A stretch of DNA of 64,000 bases from Deltaproteobacteria bacterium. Lineage in GTDB: Bacteria > Myxococcota_A > UBA796 > SXON01. The notes under the pieces are model-generated. The model made no database searches. It was given only the letters and a program-made list of their open reading frames with translations, and was not told the DNA's origin. The translations under genes were made by a program, and so were the position numbers. Shown here piece by piece: positions 9,368 to 18,037 of this stretch; within the stretch, counting starts at the first letter, position 1; each line of letters starts with the position of its first letter. Where the stretch lies: positions 55,178 to 119,177 of the forward strand of contig CANFCK010000014.1 of NCBI GenBank assembly GCA_947445035.1, read 5' to 3'.

Positions 9368-12300
9368 TCAGTACGCTTCGAGGTTGTCGTACCCGCTGCG
9401 GCAGCCCGGCTCATCGGCGTCGGTGAAGCTGTTGATGTCGTTGTCGACGTCGTCATTGCACTGGTAGTCGCCCGAGAACGCCGCGGGATCCCCGCAGGCG
9501 ATGGTCTCGGTGTCGGTGATGGGCGTGGCGCAATCGGGGTCGAGCACGTCAACCCAGCCGTCGCAGTCGTCATCGAGGCCGTTGTTGCACGTGGTGGGCG
9601 GGTCGACCTCGTCGGCGTCGGCACCGCTTTCGCAGCCCCAGTCGCCAGCGTCGACGAGGCCGTCAGCGTCGTCGTCGAGGCCGTTGTTGCAGGCCTCGGT
9701 GCCGAGGCCGTCGTCCTCGAACAAGTCGGTGCCGGTGGTGCAGACCGGGTCGTCGGTGTCGGTCCAGCCGTCGCCGTCGTCGTCGTCTCCGTCCATACAC
9801 TCGGGGGTGTGGATCTCGTCGCCGTCGAGCGCGCTTTCGCACCCGGGGTCGTCGGCGTCGGTGAGGGTGTCGCTGTCGGTGTCGTCGCCGTCGTTGCAGA
9901 CGAAGTCGGTGTCGAGGCCCGCTTCTTCGCCGAGCCAGGCGCAGTCGGGGTCGTCGTTGTCGATCCAGCCGTCACCGTCGTCGTCGGTGCCGTCGACGCA
10001 GCTGGGGCCGCCGGCCGCGGACGGGGTTTCGAGGTTGTCGTCGGCGTCGAGGCAATCGCTGTCGTCAGCGTCTGTGGTGCCGTCGCCATCGTTGTCCAGG
10101 CCGTCGTGGCACTCGGCGGGCCCGACCGCGCCGCGTTCGGCGGTGGCGACCACGCAGTCGGGATCGTCACTGTCGGTCCACCCGTCGCCGTCGTTGTCGC
10201 TGCCGTCGGCGCAGACCGCGGCGGGGTCGTTCTCGGCGTCGTCGTTGCCGCTTTCGCAGCCGGGGTCGTCGGCGTCGGTGAGGCCGTCGCCGTCGTCGTC
10301 GAGGCCGTTGTTGCAGCCGAGCGCGGAGTAGCCGCTGGCGTCACAGTCGGGGTCGTCGTCGTCGGTCCAGCCGTCCCCGTCGTCGTCGCTGAGGTCGGTG
10401 CAGTCGCTGCCGACGCTTGCTTCGTCGTTGTCGAGGCCGTCGTCGCAGTCACTGTCGTCGGCGTCGGCCAAGCTGTCGCCGTCGTCATCGAGACCATCGC
10501 TACACGCGGAGGCCGCATAGCCGTCGCCTTCGGAGCCGCCGAGGGCACAGTCGGCGTCGTCTTCGTCGGTCCAGCCGTCGCCGTCGTCGTCGGCACCATC
10601 GGTGCACGAGGCGCTCCCCGCCGCTTCGTCGCCGTCGGTAGCGTCGTCACAGTCGACGTCGTCGGCATCGACGTCGCCATCGCTGTCGTCGTCTTCGCCG
10701 TCGTTGCACGCGCTGCTGCCAAAGCCGACCTCGTCGCCGTCGAGGGCGCAGTCGGGGTCTTCGTCGTCGGCCCAGCCATCACCATCGTCGTCGCTGCCGT
10801 TGTCGCAGTCGTCCGGGGTGGCGCTCTCGTCGTCGTCCCAGCCGACCGCGCAGGAGCTGTCGTCGGCATCGATGGTGCCGTCGTGGTCGTCGTCGATGCC
10901 GTTGTCGCACTCCCGGGTGCCGGCGCCGAGCTCATCGCCGACGGTGCCGCAGTCGACGTCGTCGCCGTCGGCCCAGCCATCGCTGTCGTCGTCGACGCCG
11001 TTGACGCAGTCGTCCGCGGCGGCGTCTTCGACCGGATCGACGGCGCTGGCGCAGCCCGTATCGGCCGCGTCGAGGATGTGGTTGCCGTCGTTGTCGGTGC
11101 CGTCGTTGCACTCGCCAGAGCCGAAGCCAAGCTCGTCGGTGCCGCCGTCGCAGTCGGGGTCGTCGGCGTCGCTCCACCCGTCGCCGTCGCTGTCGGCACC
11201 GTCGAAGCAGTCGCCGCTGGGGTCCTCTTCGTCTTCGTCGTCGGCGCTGGCACAGCCAGGATCGTCGGCGTCGATGGCGCCGTCGCTGTCGTCATCGTCG
11301 CCGTCGTTGCACACGGTGGTGCCGAAGTCCAGTTCGTCGTCACCGGTGGCACAGTCGGGGTCGTCCGCGTCGGTCCAGCCGTCCAGGTCGCCGTCGCTTC
11401 CGTCGGTGCAGTCGGTGGAGGCGCTGTCCTCGATGGTGTCTGCGGCCGAGGCGCAATCGAGGTCGTCGCGGTCGACGAGCCCGTCGCTGTCGTTGTCGGC
11501 GCCGTCGTTGCACCCGGCGTCCGAGAGCCCGGCCTCGGAGGTTCCGTCGTCGCAATCGGGGTCGTCGGCGTCCGTCCAATCGTCGGCGTCGTTGTCGAGC
11601 CCGTCGCTGCAGCCGGTGATCGGGTCTTCTTCGTCGTTGTCGTTGCCGGCGCTACAGCCGGGGTCGTTGCTGTCGGTCAGCCCGTCGCCGTCGTCGTCGC
11701 TGCCGTTGTTGCAGTCGTAGGTGCTGGTCGAGGGGGCTTCGGTGGGGCCCACCGAGCTTGCGCAGGCTGGGTCGTCGGTGTCGGTCCAGCCATCGCTGTC
11801 GTCGTCGAGTCCGTTGGCGCAGGCGTAGTCGGTCTCGTAGTCGTCGAGCGCCTCGCTGCACTCCGGATCGAGCCAATCGACGAGCCCATCGGGGGTGGCT
11901 TCGTTGTCGAGGCCGTCGTTGCACTCGGTCGCGCCAAAACCGATCTCGGTCAGGCCCGCGGTGCAGTCGGGGTCCTCGTCGTCGAGCCAACCGTCCCCAT
12001 CTTCATCGACCCCGTTGTCGCAGTCACTCGCTTCGGCCGGGGTGATCGCGAAAAAGCAGAGCGCGTCGCCAGCGTCAAACGTCAGGTCGCCGTCGTTGTC
12101 GACGCCGTCGTTGCATTCGCCGGTGCCGTAGCCGACCTCCTCGCTGCCGGTGGTGCAGTCGGGGTCGGCGCTGTCGGTCCACCCGTCGCCATCGCCGTCA
12201 ACGCTGTCGTTGCAGCCGTCGGTCTCGTCGTCGTCGAGCGCGTCGTCGCACGCGGCATCGTCGGCGTCGCGCTGCCCGTCGGCGTCGTTGTCTTCGTTGT

Positions 12301-13633
12301 CGTTGCAGGCAGTCTCGCCGAAGCTACGCTCGGTGCCGAGGCTGTCGCAGTCGGGGTCGGCGGCGTCGGTCCAGTCGTCGCCGTCGTTGTCGTAGCCGTC
12401 TTCGCAATCGCCCAGCTCAGAGGCGTCGTAGGCGTTGGCGCAGTCTTTGTCGAAGGCGTCCGCAAAGCCGTCGCCGTCGTCGTCGGCGCCGTTGCTGCAC
12501 GCGTCCGCGTTGTCGATGCCGCCTTCGTCGTCGTCGAGCAGGCTGGCGCAGCCCGGGTCGTTCAGGTCGGTCCAGCCGTCACCGTCGTTGTCGAGGTCGT
12601 CGGCACAACGGTTGAGCTCGCTGTCGTCGGTGGCGGACTCGCAGCCGGCATCGTCGTTGTCGATTTTGCCGTCAAGGTCGTCGTCGATGCCGTTGTTGCA
12701 CAAGGTGTCGCTGATGGAGATCTCGACGTCGCCGACGTAGCAGTCGGGGTCATCTTCGTCGGCCCAGCCGTCGCCGTCGTTGTCGAGGCCGTCGGCGCAG
12801 GGGGGGGTGAACTCGTCGTCGTCGAGCGCGGAGTCGCATTGGCGATCGTCGGCGTCGAGGTCGCCGTCGAGGTCGTTGTCCTCGTTGTCGTTACACTGCG
12901 TCGGCCCAAAGCCCAGCTCGTCGTCCAGGTCCGCGCAGTCGGGATCGTCGAGGTCGCTCCACCCGTCAACGTCGTTGTCCTTGCCGTCTTCGCAGGGGCC
13001 CGCCTCGGCCAGCCCGAAGGCATCCTCACAGCGGTCGTCGGTGCCGTCTTTGCCGCCGTCGCTGTCGTTGTCGATGCCGTCATTGCACTCGTTGAGTCCG
13101 AAGCCGGCCTCGGCCGTGCCTTCGAGGCAATCCGGGTCGGCCGCGTCTACGAAGCCGTCGTTGTCGCCATCGCGGAGGTCGTGGCACCCATCGACGGGCG
13201 TCTCCAGCGGGACCATCGTGAAGCGAATATTCTGGACCTCGTCCACGACGAACGCCAGCGGCCCGTAGGTTGCCGACCCCACGGTGAGCACGTCGTCTTC
13301 CCACCCGGCGCCGCTGAGCGAGAAGGAGGCGTCGCTGTTTCCTTGGTGGAGTTCGACCGAGGCGAAGGCGCCGTCGCGCACGACGACGTTGACGCGGCAT
13401 TCCAGCGCGGCGTCGTCGAGCACCCAGTCGGCGAGGCAATCGTCGTCAGCGGTGGTGAGCGCGACGCCGTCGGCGTTGGTGTAGGGCTCGGACGGGTCGA
13501 CGAAGAGCGCGAACGTACTGCCCGCGGCAAGCGCCTCGTCGCCGTCGATGGTCACGACAATGGCGGTGCGGTCGTCACCCTCGGAGGTGCAGGCGGCGAG
13601 GAGGAAGGAGACAAACAAGGAGCGAGCCATCAT
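9368..13633 (-). CDS. Giant polyanionic lipoprotein of ~1,420 aa. It has a ~190-aa N-terminal domain followed by ~50 tandem ~22-aa Cys-bracketed Asp-rich motifs (C-[NE]-D-G-x-D-N-D-x-D-G-x-x-D-x-x-D-x-x-C), which resemble TSP type-3 / MopE-like putative Ca2+/metal-binding repeats.
   Basis: - The likely start is the internal ATG ATG at 13633 (MMARSLFVSFLLAAC, lipobox LAAC) rather than the ORF-track start at 13753.
- That start overlaps the stop of the upstream PEGA gene (ATGA).
- The repeats alternate two unit types, e.g. ECNDGIDNDSDGGKDGTDDRC and GPCEDGKDNDVDGWSDLDDPDC.
- The DNA is a GAC/GTC-rich near-periodic array. Confidence 0.8.
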   Translation of the reverse strand: MMARSLFVSFLLAACTSEGDDRTAIVVTIDGDEALAAGSTFALFVDPSEPYTNADGVALTTADDDCLADWVLDDAALECRVNVVVRDGAFASVELHQGNSDASFSLSGAGWEDDVLTVGSATYGPLAFVVDEVQNIRFTMVPLETPVDGCHDLRDGDNDGFVDAADPDCLEGTAEAGFGLNECNDGIDNDSDGGKDGTDDRCEDAFGLAEAGPCEDGKDNDVDGWSDLDDPDCADLDDELGFGPTQCNDNEDNDLDGDLDADDRQCDSALDDDEFTPPCADGLDNDGDGWADEDDPDCYVGDVEISISDTLCNNGIDDDLDGKIDNDDAGCESATDDSELNRCADDLDNDGDGWTDLNDPGCASLLDDDEGGIDNADACSNGADDDGDGFADAFDKDCANAYDASELGDCEDGYDNDGDDWTDAADPDCDSLGTERSFGETACNDNEDNDADGQRDADDAACDDALDDDETDGCNDSVDGDGDGWTDSADPDCTTGSEEVGYGTGECNDGVDNDGDLTFDAGDALCFFAITPAEASDCDNGVDEDGDGWLDDEDPDCTAGLTEIGFGATECNDGLDNEATPDGLVDWLDPECSEALDDYETDYACANGLDDDSDGWTDTDDPACASSVGPTEAPSTSTYDCNNGSDDDGDGLTDSNDPGCSAGNDNDEEDPITGCSDGLDNDADDWTDADDPDCDDGTSEAGLSDAGCNDGADNDSDGLVDRDDLDCASAADTIEDSASTDCTDGSDGDLDGWTDADDPDCATGDDELDFGTTVCNDGDDDDSDGAIDADDPGCASADDEDEEDPSGDCFDGADSDGDGWSDADDPDCDGGTDELGFGSGECNDGTDNDGNHILDAADTGCASAVDPVEDAAADDCVNGVDDDSDGWADGDDVDCGTVGDELGAGTRECDNGIDDDHDGTIDADDSSCAVGWDDDESATPDDCDNGSDDDGDGWADDEDPDCALDGDEVGFGSSACNDGEDDDSDGDVDADDVDCDDATDGDEAAGSASCTDGADDDGDGWTDEDDADCALGGSEGDGYAASACSDGLDDDGDSLADADDSDCDDGLDNDEASVGSDCTDLSDDDGDGWTDDDDPDCDASGYSALGCNNGLDDDGDGLTDADDPGCESGNDDAENDPAAVCADGSDNDGDGWTDSDDPDCVVATAERGAVGPAECHDGLDNDGDGTTDADDSDCLDADDNLETPSAAGGPSCVDGTDDDGDGWIDNDDPDCAWLGEEAGLDTDFVCNDGDDTDSDTLTDADDPGCESALDGDEIHTPECMDGDDDDGDGWTDTDDPVCTTGTDLFEDDGLGTEACNNGLDDDADGLVDAGDWGCESGADADEVDPPTTCNNGLDDDCDGWVDVLDPDCATPITDTETIACGDPAAFSGDYQCNDDVDNDINSFTDADEPGCRSGYDNLEAY

Positions 13634-14679
13634 GGGAGCGTCACGACTACGTCGCCTTCGGGCGCCGGTGCGGGTTGGTTGGCGGCGACAACGACGGCGG
13701 CGGTGGTCCCGGCCGCGACGGCGCCGCCCCCGACTGCGGCCCAGAAGCCCCACTGTTGGGTGAGCGGCTTCGCCTCGACGACCGTCTTTTCTGTGGTGCG
13801 GGCGAGGACAGATCCTGAGCTTGGAACCTCGACCCTGCCGCTGACCGAACGACTGTCGGTAGTGACGGTGATCTCCGTCTTGCCGCGGCCCACCCCCACG
13901 ACCTTCACCGTTGTGCCCCGACCGACCTCGACCCCGTTGAAGAACACGGTGGCGTCGGGGTTCCCTGTGCTGACGTTCACTTCGGCTCCGCCTTTGTTCA
14001 TCGTCGCATCGACGGTGCCGCGGATGCCGGCGGTTGTGTCCACCTTCTTGTAGGTCGTGGCGTAGCCGTCGAGCGTGACCTCCACGCCGTGCACACCTGG
14101 GGCGATGTCGCGCACCTTGACCGGCGTGACGCCGAGGTCCTTGCCGTCGAGGCGGACCGTGGCCCCCGCTGGGTTGGAGGTGACCGCGACCACGCCGACA
14201 CTGGACTCCAGTGCGATGGCGACGAGGTAGTTGCGCCCCTTGACCAGGGGGATCGTGCCGCTACCGGCTTCGAAGTTCGGCGCCTGTCCCTGCCACACGA
14301 GGCTGCCGGCGCCGGGCGATGGGAGGCGGACGGGAACCGGAAAGGTCTGGCCGTTGACGCTGACGGTGGTCCCGACCGCGCCGGTGAACTCGACCGAGCC
14401 GGGTCCCGCCGTCATCGCGGCGGTCAGCTCGAGCGTCTTGCCGGCCTGCACCTCGATCTGGCGGACGAACGGCTCGAAGTTGTCCGCGACGATGCGGAGC
14501 TTGTGCGCCCCGACCGCCACATACTTGGTGAGCGGTGCGGCGCCGAGCATCGTGCCGTCGAGGTACACCTCCGCCCCTGCCGCCGAAGCGGAGATCTTCA
14601 CGGCCCCGGTGGGGTCGGCCGCAGACGCCGGGAGCACGAGGCCGACTAAAAAGAGCCACAACGCGAGCAGGGACATGGT
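13630..14679 (-). CDS. PEGA-domain secreted protein, translationally coupled to the downstream giant acidic lipoprotein
   Basis: The start at 14679 gives MSLLALWLFLVGLVLPASAADP, a signal peptide. There are at least three PEGA-like units (VYLDGTMLGAAPL..., VRLDGKDLGVTPVKVRDIAPGVHGVEVTLDGY, VFFNGVEVGRGT). The stop TGA overlaps the start of the next gene (CCATGATGG). Confidence 0.8.
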   Translation of the reverse strand, partial: TMSLLALWLFLVGLVLPASAADPTGAVKISASAAGAEVYLDGTMLGAAPLTKYVAVGAHKLRIVADNFEPFVRQIEVQAGKTLELTAAMTAGPGSVEFTGAVGTTVSVNGQTFPVPVRLPSPGAGSLVWQGQAPNFEAGSGTIPLVKGRNYLVAIALESSVGVVAVTSNPAGATVRLDGKDLGVTPVKVRDIAPGVHGVEVTLDGYATTYKKVDTTAGIRGTVDATMNKGGAEVNVSTGNPDATVFFNGVEVGRGTTVKVVGVGRGKTEITVTTDSRSVSGRVEVPSSGSVLARTTEKTVVEAKPLTQQWGFWAAVGGGAVAAGTTAAVVVAANQPAPAPEGDVVVTLP

Positions 14680-14746
14680 GTGGCAGGGTACCACGACAGC
14701 GCGGCACTCTGAAACGTTTCGGGGCCTGCGGCATTGGAGCGGCGGC

Positions 14747-16039
14747 ATGCATCACGTCATCGTCGGGAACTCGATTGCGGGCATCGAAGCGGCGTTGGTC
14801 ATTCGTCGTCGGGACGAGTCGGCGCGGATCACCCTGGTTTCGGCCGAATCGGACCACCCCTTCGCTCGCACGGCGATGATGTACGTCTTCTGTGGGCAGT
14901 TGCGGCAAGCGGACACCGAGTTTTACGATCGGGGACTCTACGAGCGGATGCGATTCGAGCGCGTGCGCGACCGCGTCGTGGGCGTTGACTGCGCCGGCCG
15001 CCGCGTGCTTCTGGAGCGGGTCGGGGCGCTCGGCTACGACCGTCTGCTCCTGGCCATCGGGAGCGCGGCGCGTCGGTTGACCCTCGCCGGCGCCTATGAT
15101 GGACCCGGTGTCTTCCACTACGTGTCCCTCCAGGATCACGTTGCCCTCGATGTCGCAGCGAAGGCGGGGCTGCGAGCCGCGGTGATTGGCGGGGGGCTCA
15201 TCGGGGTGGAGGTCGCGGAGATTTTGCACGCGCGTGGGCTACGCGTGCACTGGTTGGTGCGCGACGCGTGGACGTGGCCAGTGGCGCTGGACCGCGACGA
15301 GGCCGCGATCGTCGAGGCGCACGTGCGAGATCACGGGGTGGACGTTCGAGCGGCGACGGAGGTGACCAGGCTCGATCGCGGCTCGGCGTTGAAGCTGACG
15401 CTTGGCGTGGAGGAGCCGCTGGAGGTCGACCTCGTCGTGGGCGCGGTCGGCGTGGTGCCCAACACCCGGTTTCTGGTGGGCTCGGACGTTGCGCTTTCGG
15501 TGGACGGGGGGGTCGAGACCCGCGCCGACTTGTCCAGCACGAGCGTGCCCGACGTTTACGCCGCTGGGGACTGCGCAACGGTGACTTGGGCGGACGGGAG
15601 CCGCCGCCCTGAGACCCTGTGGTACACCGCACGGGACCAGGGCCGAGCGGCGGGGGCCGCGATGGTCGGAGATTCGGTGAACTACCGTCGTAGCACCTGG
15701 TATAACTCGGCGAAGTTCTTCGATCTCGAGTACACCACTGCGGGCTACGTGCCGCTGGCCGAGCCGGCGCGACGTGATCCGACTCCGGGCCACTGGCAGA
15801 CGTGGTTTCAGCAGCATCCAAACGAAGCTGCGAGCCTACGAATCGTGGCGAAGGACGACCGCGTGGTGGGCTTCAACGCGCTCGGGCGACGGTGGAGCAC
15901 CGAGGTCTGGTTGCGGTGGATCCACGAGCGGCGGACGTTGGCGTGGGTACACCATCACCTCGCGGAGTCGAGCTTCGACGAGGAATTCATCGAGCCGTTC
16001 CCGGTGCTTCCCTCGGCGATTTTGCACGAGGGCGCCTGA
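14747..16039 (+). CDS. FAD/NAD(P)-dependent pyridine nucleotide-disulfide-family oxidoreductase with a ~110-aa C-terminal extension
   Basis: The start at 14747 gives MHHVIVGNSIAGIEAALVIRR, a Rossmann GxGxxG-type motif. A second dinucleotide-binding motif is present (AAVIGGGLIGVEVAE), along with ...VYAAGDCA. The gene is divergent from the PEGA gene by a 67-bp intergenic region. Confidence 0.8.
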   Translation: MHHVIVGNSIAGIEAALVIRRRDESARITLVSAESDHPFARTAMMYVFCGQLRQADTEFYDRGLYERMRFERVRDRVVGVDCAGRRVLLERVGALGYDRLLLAIGSAARRLTLAGAYDGPGVFHYVSLQDHVALDVAAKAGLRAAVIGGGLIGVEVAEILHARGLRVHWLVRDAWTWPVALDRDEAAIVEAHVRDHGVDVRAATEVTRLDRGSALKLTLGVEEPLEVDLVVGAVGVVPNTRFLVGSDVALSVDGGVETRADLSSTSVPDVYAAGDCATVTWADGSRRPETLWYTARDQGRAAGAAMVGDSVNYRRSTWYNSAKFFDLEYTTAGYVPLAEPARRDPTPGHWQTWFQQHPNEAASLRIVAKDDRVVGFNALGRRWSTEVWLRWIHERRTLAWVHHHLAESSFDEEFIEPFPVLPSAILHEGA

Positions 16040-17391
16040 TGCAAGCCGGCCTGCTCGACACCTGGAAACGGCCATCCCGGGCCCGCGGCGCAACCGCCTG
16101 GGGCGCAGCGGGGATTCTCACAAGCTTCTACCTGCTCTTGTACCTGCCGGAGAGCATGTTCACTCCCAATTTTCCGGACGTACTCAGCCCCGTGGCCGAG
16201 GCGCTGCACCTGCCGTCGAAGTGGTTTCTGTACGGGTTGCTCTACTCGATTGCCATGGTCGTGGGCGGCTTCTTCATGCTGCGGAAGCACGGCAACAGCC
16301 GCTACCATCGCATCCGCACGGTGACGGTGGTCACGGTGCAGATCGTGCTTGGGTTCTCGTTGCCCTTGGCCCTGAGTATCGCCGGAAAACCGGAGTTGTA
16401 CCTAAGCTACGTGTGGCCGCTGTCCTACGACAAGCTCTTTCCCGACACCCTGGCAGCCATGCCCGCGGCCGCGGCGCTGTGGTTCATCTTCGCGTCGTTG
16501 GTGCTGTTTCCGGCGTTGGCGTGGCGGTACGGCAAGCGCTTCTACTGCTCGTGGGTGTGTGGCTGCGGCGGTCTGGCCGAGACCTTCGGCGACGGGTGGC
16601 GCCACCTTTCCGACAAGTCGACGAAGGCGTGGCGGTTCGAACAATGGAGCGTCCACGGAGTCCTGGTCCTCGTTCTCGTCATGACCGGGCTGGTGATCGC
16701 CGATGGGATCAGCCGCTCGGGAATGGTGGTGGCGGCGGGCGGTGCCGAGGGGGAGCGCGTGGCGTTGTCGGCGCGGCTGGCGCAGGAGGCGACCTCGCTG
16801 ACCGAGTTGTCCGTCGCAGAGCTGGCGCCGCGGGCGGAGGGGATCCGTCGTGACGTAGAGGCCACGTTGCCGCCGACGTGGGTCATCGACAAGCTCGCTC
16901 CCGTCGAGGTTGCAGCGACGGCGGGCGACGCAGTGGCCATGGCCTCGGCGGTGAAGGACCTAGCCTACGGAGTGATGCCGGGCTCGCCGCTCGGGCGCGC
17001 AGCGGGGACGGTGAAGGGGCTGTACGCGTTCTTCATCGGGGCGCTTTTCTCGGGAGTCGCCGGCGTGGGCCTTTACCCGCTGATGGGCACGCGGGTCTGG
17101 TGCCGTTTCGGCTGTCCGATGGCCGCGATCCTGGGCCTGGTCCAGAAGCTCGGCCGCTTCCGCATCGCCGTGAAAAAGGACATGTGCATCAGCTGTGGGA
17201 ACTGCTCGGCCTACTGCGAGATGGGCATCGACGTTCGCGCCTACGCGATGGCCAACCTGGATATCCGTCGCGCCAGCTGCGTCGGCTGTGGCATGTGCGC
17301 CCACGTCTGCCCCCGAGGGGTTTTGCGGCTGACGAACGAGGCCGACGTCGGCCCCGGGGAACGCGTTGGGGAGTGGGTTGTGGAGATTTGA
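16039..17391 (+). CDS. Membrane-bound 4Fe-4S polyferredoxin (CcoG/NapH-like), coupled to the upstream oxidoreductase
   Basis: The ATG at 16039 overlaps the upstream stop (TGATG). The protein has multiple TM helices, a 'FYCSWVCGCGG' Cys cluster, 'VWCRFGCPMAAILG', and two ferredoxin-type CxxCxxCxxxCP motifs (CISCGNCSAYCE; CVGCGMCAHVCP). Confidence 0.8.
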   Translation: MQAGLLDTWKRPSRARGATAWGAAGILTSFYLLLYLPESMFTPNFPDVLSPVAEALHLPSKWFLYGLLYSIAMVVGGFFMLRKHGNSRYHRIRTVTVVTVQIVLGFSLPLALSIAGKPELYLSYVWPLSYDKLFPDTLAAMPAAAALWFIFASLVLFPALAWRYGKRFYCSWVCGCGGLAETFGDGWRHLSDKSTKAWRFEQWSVHGVLVLVLVMTGLVIADGISRSGMVVAAGGAEGERVALSARLAQEATSLTELSVAELAPRAEGIRRDVEATLPPTWVIDKLAPVEVAATAGDAVAMASAVKDLAYGVMPGSPLGRAAGTVKGLYAFFIGALFSGVAGVGLYPLMGTRVWCRFGCPMAAILGLVQKLGRFRIAVKKDMCISCGNCSAYCEMGIDVRAYAMANLDIRRASCVGCGMCAHVCPRGVLRLTNEADVGPGERVGEWVVEI

Positions 17392-17422
17392 GCGGGGCGC
17401 GTCGCCGGCCCCCGCCCCCGCC

Positions 17423-17890
17423 TCAAGCGAATGGATTGACGACCCGTACGGGGCCGAATCGCCTGCCCGCCTGCAGGTCCTCGGAGTAGAGCGTGTCGCA
17501 CCCGGCGTGCTCCGCTGCCCGGATGACGAGGGCGTCCCAAAAGGAAACAGAGTCGAGCCGGTTGAGGTCCACCGCCGCGAGCAGGAGCGAAGGCGTCACG
17601 GTCACGATATCGAAGCCCAGGTACACTTCGATGCGGGCGCGCGCTGCGGCGCCGTCCAACTTCAGCTTTTCCCTCGCGTTGACGTAGAACTCCTGGAGCA
17701 CCTGGGTGGAGACCACGCCGGTGCGATCCGACATCGAGCGCCGCAAAAGATCGCGCGCAGCGCCGTCGTGAATGCCCGTCTCGGCTTCCAGGAGGTCCCG
17801 CACCAGCTGGTTGAGGCTCTTGCCGCGGCCGGCGGCGACAGCCCGCGCGCGCTCCGCCAGCGCTTCGTCGATGGAGAGCGTGAGGTTCAT
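17423..17890 (-). CDS. PIN-domain (VapC-like) protein with an N-terminal RHH/antitoxin-like segment fused in one frame
   Basis: The start at 17890 gives MNLTLSIDEALAERARAVAAGRGKSLNQLVRDLLEAE, which is RHH-antitoxin-like. The C-terminal part (...VLQEFYV...SFWDALVIRAAEHAGCDTLYSEDLQ...) resembles the PIN acidic-residue pattern. The ORF-track start at 18478 adds an implausible Arg-rich extension. Confidence 0.5.
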   Translation of the reverse strand: MNLTLSIDEALAERARAVAAGRGKSLNQLVRDLLEAETGIHDGAARDLLRRSMSDRTGVVSTQVLQEFYVNAREKLKLDGAAARARIEVYLGFDIVTVTPSLLLAAVDLNRLDSVSFWDALVIRAAEHAGCDTLYSEDLQAGRRFGPVRVVNPFA

Positions 17891-18037
17891 GTCCACAGGA
17901 TACGTGCGCGCGTAGCCTGCGTCAGGCGTCTGTGGGCCGGCTCGGGGCGCCAGCGTTCGGCGGCTGCCAGCGGATAGGGCGGCCCTGATCGCTCTGGTGG
18001 CAACTCGCCGCCTGGCCCTCTCGTGTTCACTCCTTGA

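Noticed and set aside
7582-9426. A 614-aa plus-strand ORF across aspS
   Set aside because: It is antisense to AspRS and has no domain-like sequence.
9368-13633. Highly periodic DNA that repeat-finders could flag as a CRISPR-like or tandem array
   Set aside because: The periodicity is ~66 bp, protein-coding and in a single frame. The units are degenerate and have no spacers, and no cas genes are nearby.
9809-14053. A 1414-aa plus-strand ORF rich in poly-V/A/G (MDLVAVERAFAPGVVGVGEGVAVGVV…), plus several other long ORFs (9346-11352 minus, 10602-11720 plus, 9501-10331 plus) across the acidic repeat gene
   Set aside because: They are antisense or off-frame read-throughs of the GAC/GTC-periodic repeat DNA. 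The low-complexity V/A/G or S/T/A composition is the complement of the Asp codons. The minus-strand frame with a lipobox, motif periodicity and operon coupling is the real gene.
14231-14746. The N-terminal 172 aa of the ORF-track call for the oxidoreductase (MRPLTRGIVPLPASKFGACP…)
   Set aside because: It is antisense to the PEGA gene. The conserved Rossmann start MHHVIVGNSIAG at 14747 is the real beginning.
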